Shown piece after piece: positions 45,367 to 53,152 of a stretch of 64,000 bases of DNA. Where the stretch lies: IMG/VR virus record IMGVR_UViG_3300025009_000011; one strand, 5' to 3'. Source of the DNA: a virus. Below the pieces are notes generated by a model that saw only the letters and a program-made list of their open reading frames with translations, made no database searches and was not told the DNA's origin. Every line of letters begins with the position of its first letter. Within the stretch, counting starts at the first letter, position 1. A program made the translations under genes and the position numbers.

Positions 45367-45394
45367 GAAAAGGCGGCTCGTATTGCCGCCTTTG
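45367..45394. terminator. hairpin terminator inside head module
   Basis: AAGGCGGC pairs with GCCGCCTT, flanked by A- and T-runs. Confidence 0.55.
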
Positions 45395-45405
45395 TTGGGT
45401 TATTC

Positions 45406-45549
45406 TCATTTCCCGTTATTGTTTGATTTCTTTGATCTCAGGTCCCCCTGATTTTTCAGGATTTTTGTAGCAGGCTTGCTAGTCTCGCCCGAAGAACCAA
45501 ACTGGAAGGACGCCTTACACGGCATCGGGGTCTTTAAATTCTGTCCCAT
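45406..45549 (-). CDS. 47-aa basic peptide
   Basis: ATG follows GGAGGTGG. MGQNLKTPMPCKASFQFGSSGETSKPATKILKNQGDLRSKKSNNNGK. Confidence 0.4.
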   Translation of the reverse strand: MGQNLKTPMPCKASFQFGSSGETSKPATKILKNQGDLRSKKSNNNGK

Positions 45550-45619
45550 GTGTTGATCCACCTCCTTTCCAATAAAAATAGGCATAATAAAAGAGCCTTC
45601 TCAGCTCATCAGTTGGCTA

Positions 45620-45829
45620 TTATTCGTTTTCTTCCTTGTTTCCATAAGCTTTATAGTCAATGTACTTGACCATCACCCATGGAACAAACACAGCATGTTC
45701 GCCGGAGCATGGCGTTACGACAATCCCGAATGTATCTAAGGTTAGTAGAGTTCGGTTCTCCATAGCATTTCCATCACTGCACCACACCGTTACTTTGCTT
45801 CCGCATTGATCAACTAGATTATTAGACAT
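45620..45829 (-). CDS. hypothetical protein
   Basis: Start taken at MSNNLVDQ. Confidence 0.45.
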   Translation of the reverse strand: MSNNLVDQCGSKVTVWCSDGNAMENRTLLTLDTFGIVVTPCSGEHAVFVPWVMVKYIDYKAYGNKEENE

Positions 45830-45831
45830 AC

Positions 45832-45966
45832 TTAACACCCCTTACCTTTCTTCCCTGCGCCCTTTTTCATCGGCATCTTACCCATCATTCCCATTTCCAT
45901 CTTGCCCATATCGGGCTTCTTGCCGGACTCTTTCATCGCTTGTTTTGCTGTTTTCTTAGCCATCAT
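45832..45966 (-). CDS. 44-aa Met/Lys/Gly-rich peptide
   Basis: MMAKKTAKQAMKESGKKPDMGKMEMGMMGKMPMKKGAGKKGKGC. Below the track cutoff. Confidence 0.35.
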   Translation of the reverse strand: MMAKKTAKQAMKESGKKPDMGKMEMGMMGKMPMKKGAGKKGKGC

Positions 45967-46096
45967 AGCTCCTCCTTATATTAAAAATAGCGTATGGATC
46001 TCACCTTTTGTATACCGAAACAACCCAATCTTATAGCTAATAATCGGCGGTTTGTCTTTTCCTCTCCTATAGCTCTCTACCTTTACCCTCTCAAGT

Positions 46097-48319
46097 TTAA
46101 GCACCCTGTCCACCTCCTTGTTCTTGCGCCATAATCTGCTCAACAACTGCCATTAACTCATTCGGATTATCCAGCAACACCATCAACTTATCAGGTTCCA
46201 TCTGCATTAACAACCTCGCCACAGGTTCAGGAAGCTTCTCTAACGCCTTCATTATCTCAGGTGATAGTTTCGGCTTGCCCTGTGGTTGCTTACTGCTCTC
46301 AGGCGATTGTGTGACCTGTGGTTGCTTTCCTTGGTTCTGCGCTTGCATCATAGCTTGCATTTGCTGTATATCCTCGACAGTAAGCTGTATCCCTGCCTTA
46401 GCAGCCATTTGTATTTGTCCCGATGGCGGCAAATCCTTAAACGGTATCGACTCGGTGGGAGGCTTTGGTATTTCCTGCTTAGGTGGAGCCTGTTGAGATT
46501 GCTTAATAATCTCGCCCATCTCATCAATGACAGCCTGAAGATCGGGAACACCCAACTTATTAAGCAACTTCAAGAATGTTAGATTGCCGGGGTTTGGTTC
46601 AAACCGTCCTTGTCCTGCCAAGTTGCTCAAGGTGTTGAATATCTCAACTCTCGACTTCATAAAACCAGATTCAGCACTAATCTCGATATCAAAATCAGGA
46701 TAAATGTAGTTTCCTGATTGATCCTTGAGCATTGCCAATCTGTCAAACTTGCCATACTGAGCTTTTGGTTTAGTAGCGTTGGGGTCCGCGGTAGGAGGTA
46801 CAGGGGCTTGCCCCGGCATAGCTGGTGTACCTGGAGCTGATGGCATAGGTGGCGCAGGTGGTTCACCTTTAATCCTGAACGGCCTCTCTTCGTCTACAAA
46901 GGCTAATGCAAAATCTGCAATAGTTCTGTATATCCTCTTGTACGCCGATGCCTTATAAGCCGATTTAAGGGCTACCTTGAAGTTTGCTTGCTCAACATAC
47001 ACTTGTGCTTGCTTACCAGACGTTACGCCTTGATCTCGCACACCAAGAGCTGAATTTGTTGCCCCGGTCAGTAATTGCATCCATTCTTTGAGTTGATTAA
47101 TCCAGGCTACTCCGTCAACATTGCCCCTCATGTTGATCTCTTTGACGTTTTGGTTAGGATCTTGCACATAATGAACCTTTGAAATTGAAGACTCCAATGC
47201 TATTTTTAACTCTTGACTTCCAACTAAAAGCTGAATATTTCCCTTTAAATGTTCCTCTTCGTGTTGATAAACCGCCTTCTTGATTGCCTCGTTGATGTCG
47301 TGAATATCTTCCATGATGGAGATTCCCCAAAAGGACTTGTCCCTTGGGATAAATGGTTGATAAATGAGGTCCCATGACTTAGGGATGTAGTAGTCGGCTT
47401 CCTTGCCTTCATATTCATGGCTTGCTTTTATGGAAGTGCCATCTTCATCCCGACGATGATAAAACTTAGGTATGTGTTTAATCACTAAGTCACCAGACCA
47501 CCAGAACTTACATATGTCGCCATCTTCATCCTTGTATGATGTTTCAATGATGGTGTACTTCTCTAAGCCCATTTCCTGATCGCCAGATTCAGAGTCGCCT
47601 ACATTAATTCTCTGTGAGCCGGACATTTCGTCGTATTCGTGGAATAGCTGCGCTTTTTGCTCAAGCATTTCTTTTGTAATGTCCTGCCATTTACGGGTAA
47701 TGTAGTTCGCTGTGCGGTTGTTAGGATGATGGTAATGCTCCATATCATCGATTGATGTTGCGCCGTGGTTAGGGATGATGTCTTTAGGGTGCGGCATAGA
47801 GATTTCTATTTCTCCGACATAGCCAGCCTTTTTGACGCTGTTATTCCAGTGGATTTTATGAAAGGCCCCGCCGAACTTCATAACCCTGCGTTCATTGTGG
47901 AGGTTGATTTCTTCTAATGAAGGCTGGGCAGAACGAACAACATACATGACGTATTGTTTGAGCTTTTCAATCGATTCCTCATCATCCTTGGATATAGCTT
48001 GGAAATCGGGGTCCGGAACTTTTAATTCGATCAAACTTTCTACGATCATTCGAGGAAAGTTGATATTAGTCCTCATGGTCCGGTTGGAATTACTAAATTC
48101 ATCCTCGACATTCTGGAAGTCCCGGCCAGCATCATAGATTGCTTCCCACTCATCGAACCTTGCATCCCATGGCTTCTTAGCCCTCTTATCAGCCTCGAAT
48201 ACTGGTTGCCATTTTTCTATGAGTTCGCGGTCGGCTTCTTCTTGTTCAGCATTTTGAACCATTTCTTTTTTGCCCATGATTTTACCAGCCACCTTTTTTG
48301 CTTTGGTTAGTAGTGACAT
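46097..48319 (-). CDS. portal protein candidate
   Basis: 740-aa ORF directly after terL. Carries a Pro-rich insert (PPAPPMPSAPGTPAMPGQAPVPP) and a Gln/Pro-rich C-terminus. Confidence 0.65.
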   Translation of the reverse strand: MSLLTKAKKVAGKIMGKKEMVQNAEQEEADRELIEKWQPVFEADKRAKKPWDARFDEWEAIYDAGRDFQNVEDEFSNSNRTMRTNINFPRMIVESLIELKVPDPDFQAISKDDEESIEKLKQYVMYVVRSAQPSLEEINLHNERRVMKFGGAFHKIHWNNSVKKAGYVGEIEISMPHPKDIIPNHGATSIDDMEHYHHPNNRTANYITRKWQDITKEMLEQKAQLFHEYDEMSGSQRINVGDSESGDQEMGLEKYTIIETSYKDEDGDICKFWWSGDLVIKHIPKFYHRRDEDGTSIKASHEYEGKEADYYIPKSWDLIYQPFIPRDKSFWGISIMEDIHDINEAIKKAVYQHEEEHLKGNIQLLVGSQELKIALESSISKVHYVQDPNQNVKEINMRGNVDGVAWINQLKEWMQLLTGATNSALGVRDQGVTSGKQAQVYVEQANFKVALKSAYKASAYKRIYRTIADFALAFVDEERPFRIKGEPPAPPMPSAPGTPAMPGQAPVPPTADPNATKPKAQYGKFDRLAMLKDQSGNYIYPDFDIEISAESGFMKSRVEIFNTLSNLAGQGRFEPNPGNLTFLKLLNKLGVPDLQAVIDEMGEIIKQSQQAPPKQEIPKPPTESIPFKDLPPSGQIQMAAKAGIQLTVEDIQQMQAMMQAQNQGKQPQVTQSPESSKQPQGKPKLSPEIMKALEKLPEPVARLLMQMEPDKLMVLLDNPNELMAVVEQIMAQEQGGGQGA

Positions 48320-48383
48320 TGTTTCACCTCATTTCAAGCGTAGAGAAGGTATACTTAGGTATTCCGGTAAACTTCAGGTATAC

Positions 48384-49425
48384 TCACTTCTTCCTCCGAT
48401 ATTTAGCCATCTCGACATACTTATCTTCAAAATCAATATTAGCCTTGACCCTCGACTTTTCTTCTTCGCTCATGTTGGCGGGGAGTTCGAATTTGGCGTT
48501 GCGTTCGATTGTGAAGCGCTGTTGGGATCTTGACACGTTTGCCACCATATCACTGAAAAGTATGTCATCATGCTTTCCACTTTCTGCGTCCGGTCTACCG
48601 TTTTTATCCATAACGAAAGTGAGACATTCCTGGAGCATACCGATGTGTGTGAAGAGGTCGATGTTGTCACGGATTAACGCGATTTCGAGCGAGATCATAT
48701 AGGGCCGCGTATTAGAGTCAGTTCTGAATCCATTTTTGTATTGCTTTTTATGACCAACTTCGTCGATAACTTCACGTCTATATTGCTTAGGGTAATTGAG
48801 GCGCTCTAATTCCTTCACGCTGTAGATATTAAAATTTATTTCTATGGAAATAAGAGCGTTGTTATAGTACCTGCCTAGGCAATACATTTGGTGCGTGTAG
48901 GTATCAGGGTCAACCTTTCCGTATAGAGTTGCTACACGCTTTCCCGTATTGTTGTTAATCATTGTTCCTGTAAATCTATCAGCATCGCCAGAACCAGCTG
49001 TATCCCCTCCCAAGACGAAAGGATGCCCAAGCTTAGGTTCATCGTAAATATAGATGTAGTCGCCGACTCCCTGAACGAACTTAATTGAGCTATCTATTAT
49101 CTTATCTTTTGTTTCGGGGTCATTCCACTCAAAGAGAAAACACCCCCGTTTTGGTGGGGATGTTTTGTATTGTTTTTTAAGGCGTTCTATTTGCATGAAA
49201 ATTTGGTTGGAGTTAAAGACGGGCCTACCAGTAGAAAGGAACGCTTCACTGGCGAAGCTAGGGATTCTCCTGGTGCATGAGATCAACGTCCCCACCACAG
49301 TCGTTCTTCAACTTCCACCTGTACCATTTGATCTGATTAAAATTAACTCCATACAGGTTTATTAAGTTCTTTTCATAGTCATTAAGATTAAGAACTTGTA
49401 ACGCTTCTGGTAGATTCATACTCAT
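48384..49425 (-). CDS. terL: terminase large subunit, C-terminal nuclease half (frame change needed at 49258-49263)
   Basis: Frame A, 49425-49258: ..NQIKWYRWKLKNDCGGDVDLMHQENP-stop. Frame B, 49259-48384: SFASEAFLSTGRPVF..GGDTAGSGDADRF..GKHDD. The conserved QE.P....EAF motif spans the frame break. Confidence 0.7.
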
Positions 49426-50170
49426 CACCTGCTTTTATAAATTCTAGATATTGGCGAACCGTGTTGTCTTTTCTCTTATATATTGCGTGAAATTCTTTAT
49501 GGCACTTCCTGCAAAGAACTACTCCGTTTATAGGTATGAATCTAAGTGACGGGTAACTAGAGTAGTTCTTTAAATGATGCACATTAAGGTATCCGCTACG
49601 CGTGCCACATTTGTTGCAGGTATAGTTATCCCTCATGAACACTGCCTTTGTAAATATCTTGTATTCATTACAAGTTCTCTCTGTTACAAACTTTGGTTCA
49701 GTTCTTCCAAGACCCAACAGTCTTCCCTTGGAAATGTTTAATTTCCATTCTACGGAAAGTTTCTTACCTCTTCTGCCGTCTACATATGTTTTTAACGACT
49801 TAGACAACGTCTTGGATTGCTCTTTACTAAAATGATGCCCATAGAATGGATTAAGTTCTCCTTTATTAATTCTGCTTTTTGATTTAGCGTAGCATTCTGG
49901 TCCACATACAGGGTCGGTCCTTATTGCCCTTGACCTAATCCTCTGTATATCATTTCCACATTCACAGCACTGAATTGTCACAAGCGCGCTGTACCTGCTC
50001 AATGCTTTCTTTGCGCTATTGGTATCTATCCCAAATCCTCTAAGCCTGAGGTATATTGTCCCCTTAGACACTGACAATATAATGCCTATCTCGGCTATGG
50101 TTTTATTTTCATCAATATATAATCTCCTTAGCTCAGATTCCTCTATCACTATTCTAGGTGGCATACCCAT
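49388..50170 (-). CDS. HNH homing-type endonuclease inside terL
   Basis: LNVHHLKNYSSYPSLRFIPINGVVLCRKCHKEFH plus an N-terminal HTH. ATGA coupling to the terL-N stop. Confidence 0.8.
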   Translation of the reverse strand: MGMPPRIVIEESELRRLYIDENKTIAEIGIILSVSKGTIYLRLRGFGIDTNSAKKALSRYSALVTIQCCECGNDIQRIRSRAIRTDPVCGPECYAKSKSRINKGELNPFYGHHFSKEQSKTLSKSLKTYVDGRRGKKLSVEWKLNISKGRLLGLGRTEPKFVTERTCNEYKIFTKAVFMRDNYTCNKCGTRSGYLNVHHLKNYSSYPSLRFIPINGVVLCRKCHKEFHAIYKRKDNTVRQYLEFIKAGDEYESTRSVTSS

Positions 50171-51072
50171 CAGTCACCACCTTTGTTTTCCGTGAATACT
50201 CTCCATGCTTCTTCTTCTGTTTCAGTCATCGCCATGGCGTAGTCTTTGTAATCAAACCATGAGAAAAACATAGGTATAAATGCGTTTTCTCCAGCTACCG
50301 CCTTGTCCCACAGGTCTTTGAATGAATTCATTCCCGAAGCTGTGCTTTCTATAATTACGATAGTGCCAACGATACTCGGAACAGAGTTTAGTATTCCATT
50401 AAGGGTTTTAAGTGGATCTCCTGAGTAAAACGCGAACTCCGAAAGATGGACGTAGTGGTATGTATCCGACCTGCCAATCCCATCGCTACCAGCCGTCTGT
50501 ACCTTTATCTTGGAATTTAAACCCTCCTGTTTTCCTTTGTAATATGGTGGCTTGTTGAATATTAACTCTCTTGCGTTTGAGGCTTGTTGTAGCGGTTTAA
50601 TGTGGTCAGGCAAACACGAATTAGAGTATTTCGCTTTATCGAAAATCGCATTGGTGCTATCGTCTCGATGAGCTACTACAAGTGCATTGCGGTTTTTGTT
50701 TTTAATTGTTCGGCAAAGAAACTTCGCTTGGGAATATGTGGAAATTCCCTCCTGTCTCGCTTTTAATACAATTATCCTAGCAGGGATGCCTTGCGATTCT
50801 AATTCCTTTATTTTATCCTCTATTTGCACTTGGATACTGTTTAGAACGAACGGAACCTGGGCACCATTCTTGTTTACAATCTTAACATAGTATTTTAGCC
50901 AGTCGGAATCGTTTCTTTTGGCTAACTCTTGCTGCATTGCCGCCAACGAGGGCAGGTCGCTTGCTTTTATCTTTGGTTTTTCAGTAGGGTCATTATTAAT
51001 TTGGATTTTTTCCTCTACGATTGACTTCTTATTTGGCACGGCTTTTGTGGTACTCGGTTTTTTAGCTTCCAT
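50170..51072 (-). CDS. terL: terminase large subunit, N-terminal ATPase half
   Basis: Walker A-like LKARQEGIST, Walker B YVHLSEFAF, and coupling motif IIESTASG. Confidence 0.8.
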   Translation of the reverse strand: MEAKKPSTTKAVPNKKSIVEEKIQINNDPTEKPKIKASDLPSLAAMQQELAKRNDSDWLKYYVKIVNKNGAQVPFVLNSIQVQIEDKIKELESQGIPARIIVLKARQEGISTYSQAKFLCRTIKNKNRNALVVAHRDDSTNAIFDKAKYSNSCLPDHIKPLQQASNARELIFNKPPYYKGKQEGLNSKIKVQTAGSDGIGRSDTYHYVHLSEFAFYSGDPLKTLNGILNSVPSIVGTIVIIESTASGMNSFKDLWDKAVAGENAFIPMFFSWFDYKDYAMAMTETEEEAWRVFTENKGGD

Positions 51073-51094
51073 TCCCTTATCACTCCTTAACTAT

Positions 51095-51146
51095 ATTATA
51101 CCATAAGCTTAATGCAGTTGCAAACACTTTAACTAAATGATACAAT
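51095..51146. promoter_or_regulatory. divergent promoters sharing one palindromic -35 hexamer
   Basis: TTGCAA at 51118-51123 serves both TACAAT 51141-51146 (+, 17 nt) and TGGTATAAT (rc 51095-51103, 17 nt). The palindrome TAAGCTTA lies at 51104-51111. Confidence 0.6.
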
Positions 51147-51166
51147 ACATTTGAGGTGAGAAAAAT

Positions 51167-51319
51167 ATGGGAGAATTAAAGAACAAGGTTCGATTTTCAT
51201 CCACACTACCAATTGAATTGAGCAGAAGATTAAAAGAAAGTTCCGACAAGACTTTAATACCTATAAGCAAAATATTAGAAAAGGCAATTGCCGATTATCT
51301 GAACGGGCTAAAAAAATAG
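51167..51319 (+). CDS. ribbon-helix-helix small DNA-binding protein, paralog 4
   Basis: ATG 51167 follows GAGGTGAG. MGELKNKVRFSSTLPIELSRRLKESSDKTLIPISKILEKAIADYL. Below the track cutoff. Confidence 0.65.
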   Translation: MGELKNKVRFSSTLPIELSRRLKESSDKTLIPISKILEKAIADYLNGLKK

Positions 51320-51333
51320 CTCGTTCTTTTTTT
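51301..51333 (+). terminator. intrinsic terminator overlapping RHH stop
   Basis: GAACGGGCTA pairs with TAGCTCGTTC, followed by TTTTTTT. Confidence 0.6.
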
Positions 51334-51334
51334 A

Positions 51335-51505
51335 CTACCACTTCGCCCACCCAATCATAGCCTCATACCTCTCATCCTGACTAGCCACAACAAATGCCTC
51401 TTCCCTGCATCTAACTCCATTCCACAGGGTACATGAAGCGCAGTTTGTTTTTTCGTAGGTGGGATCTGATGGTATGAACTTTTTACAACTTCTGTTTTCT
51501 CCCAT
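51335..51505 (-). CDS. Cys-containing small protein
   Basis: Start at MGENRSCKK after GGAGGT. Confidence 0.4.
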   Translation of the reverse strand: MGENRSCKKFIPSDPTYEKTNCASCTLWNGVRCREEAFVVASQDERYEAMIGWAKW

Positions 51506-51509
51506 AGGA

Positions 51510-51617
51510 TTACCTCCGACGAAAAAATGTTCCAACAGATTCAGCCAATATTATTCCGATAAAAAATGTCATCCACGGATGAATAAACATCCATGAAACT
51601 ACTGTTTGATTTTCCAT
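51510..51617 (-). CDS. 35-aa membrane peptide
   Basis: MENQTVVSWMFIHPWMTFFIGIILAESVGTFFRRR after SD AGGAGGA. Confidence 0.4.
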   Translation of the reverse strand: MENQTVVSWMFIHPWMTFFIGIILAESVGTFFRRR

Positions 51618-51971
51618 TGAGTTATCCTCCTAAATTAGCTTGGATCTAACGTTTGCTGCTCCGTTTAAATCTACGTTTGGTTGAGCATAGCTTGGACTTA
51701 ATGGATAGATGGGTTATGTTTGGTTATATTCAAGGGATTTTGTTGGGGAGAAGGGGGTGAGGGGAAAACGATTAGTTTTTTAATCCCAATTCAGACATAG
51801 CATCAGCAATTAACTCCTTGGAATTAGGACTCATGGCGGTTGAACAAACTAGGTACATCATACACTTCTTGCATAACCCCTACCACTCTTGAATTCATTC
51901 TCCGTCACTGTACAGGATTCCATATCCTCTAAACTCATATTGCAATATCCTTTAATTGTTTACATTAAAAA

Positions 51972-52011
51972 TGAGGTAAATTTACCTCAGAAGTGCGGTA
52001 ATTCTACCTCA
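51972..52011. promoter_or_regulatory. 18-bp perfect palindrome plus adjacent half-site copy
   Basis: TGAGGTAAATTTACCTCA at 51972-51989, then GGTAATTCTACCTCA at 51997-52011. Confidence 0.5.
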
Positions 52012-52087
52012 AAAAATAATGGCATCAAACCCTTGGGAGAGTAAGGCTAAGGCCTGTTTTCTATTCACGTCTAACTCTTACTCTCTA

Positions 52088-52600
52088 CTATACGGCGTTC
52101 TTAACTTCGGCGTTCTTAACTTTCGTCGTTAATATTGAAGTTACTTTCTTTCCAGCTTTAAACGCTATTAGATTATGATCAGCCTTGCAACGCCTGTGAA
52201 ACTCAGCATCAAATAGGCTAAATAGATAGCTAGGGACATTGCCCATCTGATAAAGAAAAGGGTTCATATAGTAAATTTCATATTCCCCACTCTTCCACAT
52301 GCCAAGTGCATTTTTCTTCATCAGTAACTTAATTACCTTGCGAATATTTGAACGGTCAATACCTGTTTCCTCTGCCATCTTCTCTACGCCCATGTAGTCT
52401 CCGTTCTGAGCGACAACAGCGTTTGTGTTTATTTGCAAAAACATCGACAACCTATGTAATGCTTTTTCTTCAGCAGGGGTAAACATATCTTTCTTATTCA
52501 CGTATCTCCACACCTCCACCATTACTTTAGTAAATCGTTCAGCTTTCTGATATTGAATTTCGCCAGTATCTAGGTCTACTGACCTTTTCCTCATGGGCAT
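52088..52600 (-). CDS. winged-helix protein, RepL-like (tentative)
   Basis: ..MGVEKMAEETGIDRSNIRKVIKLLMKKNALG.. wHTH. ATG 52600 follows GGAGGTGA. Confidence 0.45.
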   Translation of the reverse strand: MPMRKRSVDLDTGEIQYQKAERFTKVMVEVWRYVNKKDMFTPAEEKALHRLSMFLQINTNAVVAQNGDYMGVEKMAEETGIDRSNIRKVIKLLMKKNALGMWKSGEYEIYYMNPFLYQMGNVPSYLFSLFDAEFHRRCKADHNLIAFKAGKKVTSILTTKVKNAEVKNAV

Positions 52601-52699
52601 TATCACCTCCTGTAAGGCATAACGGAAACCTCTCGTAAATAAGGAGTCTGTAGAAAAAATTTATAAAATATTTTTGGTAATTAGTTAATTTTCATGCCG

Positions 52700-52780
52700 T
52701 TATCCAAGAACACCAATAGCTATTTCGATCACTATGAATGACCACAAATATATGTAGAGTAACCCCCATCCTTTAGACAT
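52700..52780 (-). CDS. 26-aa hydrophobic peptide (speculative)
   Basis: MSKGWGLLYIYLWSFIVIEIAIGVLG after AAAGGAA. Confidence 0.25.
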   Translation of the reverse strand: MSKGWGLLYIYLWSFIVIEIAIGVLG

Positions 52781-52839
52781 TAGATCATTCCTTTGTAAAT
52801 TTTTATAAAAAATAAATTATAGTTGTTAATGAGAGTATA

Positions 52840-53150
52840 CATAGAATCCACCAACCCCGGCCAATGCCCTCCCCCCGGTCCTCGAATCTCTGGTACACAG
52901 CCGGTCGATCCCAGATGCACAGCCACGCACAGACAGATCAGCAGAACGGCAGAGCTAACTATACGACTACAGCAGCGGTTACTATCAACACACTCTGTTG
53001 CTATCGTTATGCTCTACTAGCTAAGCAGTAGCTACATCCAGTCAATGCGAATGTGTCACATTCCTGTTGTGTCACATTCGGAATCAACCTATAGGCGGAT
53101 CACAGGGTCCTACTGCGCTAAATACCCCAATAATCCACCACTGACGGACA
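52840..53150. other. C-rich (+ strand) non-coding island between terS and the RepL-like gene
   Basis: No credible ORF. Composition visibly differs from the AT-rich flanks (runs CCCCGG, CCCCCCGG). Confidence 0.5.
53049..53079. repeat. 15-bp palindrome plus repeat of its core
   Basis: GAATGTGTCACATTC at 53049-53063, then TGTGTCACATTC at 53068-53079. Confidence 0.7.
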
Positions 53151-53152
53151 TA

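Noticed and set aside
26828-48702. Many antisense or alternate-frame track ORFs inside large structural genes (for example 29081-29602, 35392-35652, 39645-40010, 42504-42992, 43048-43440, 46286-46582, 48298-48702)
   Set aside because: These are shadow ORFs of long leftward genes. They have biased amino-acid composition, no SD sites, and fully overlap better-supported CDSs.
49383-50170. Group I intron carrying the HNH gene inside terL
   Set aside because: The insert is almost entirely the HNH ORF. It is translationally coupled (ATGA) to terL-N and overlapped by the restart of terL-C. No non-coding stretch of 200 nt or more is left for a ribozyme core.
52823-53020. 65-aa + strand track ORF in the C-rich island
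   Set aside because: The translation is Pro/Arg/Thr-rich and low in complexity. It has no SD, and its composition reflects the C-rich DNA. I treat it as non-coding.
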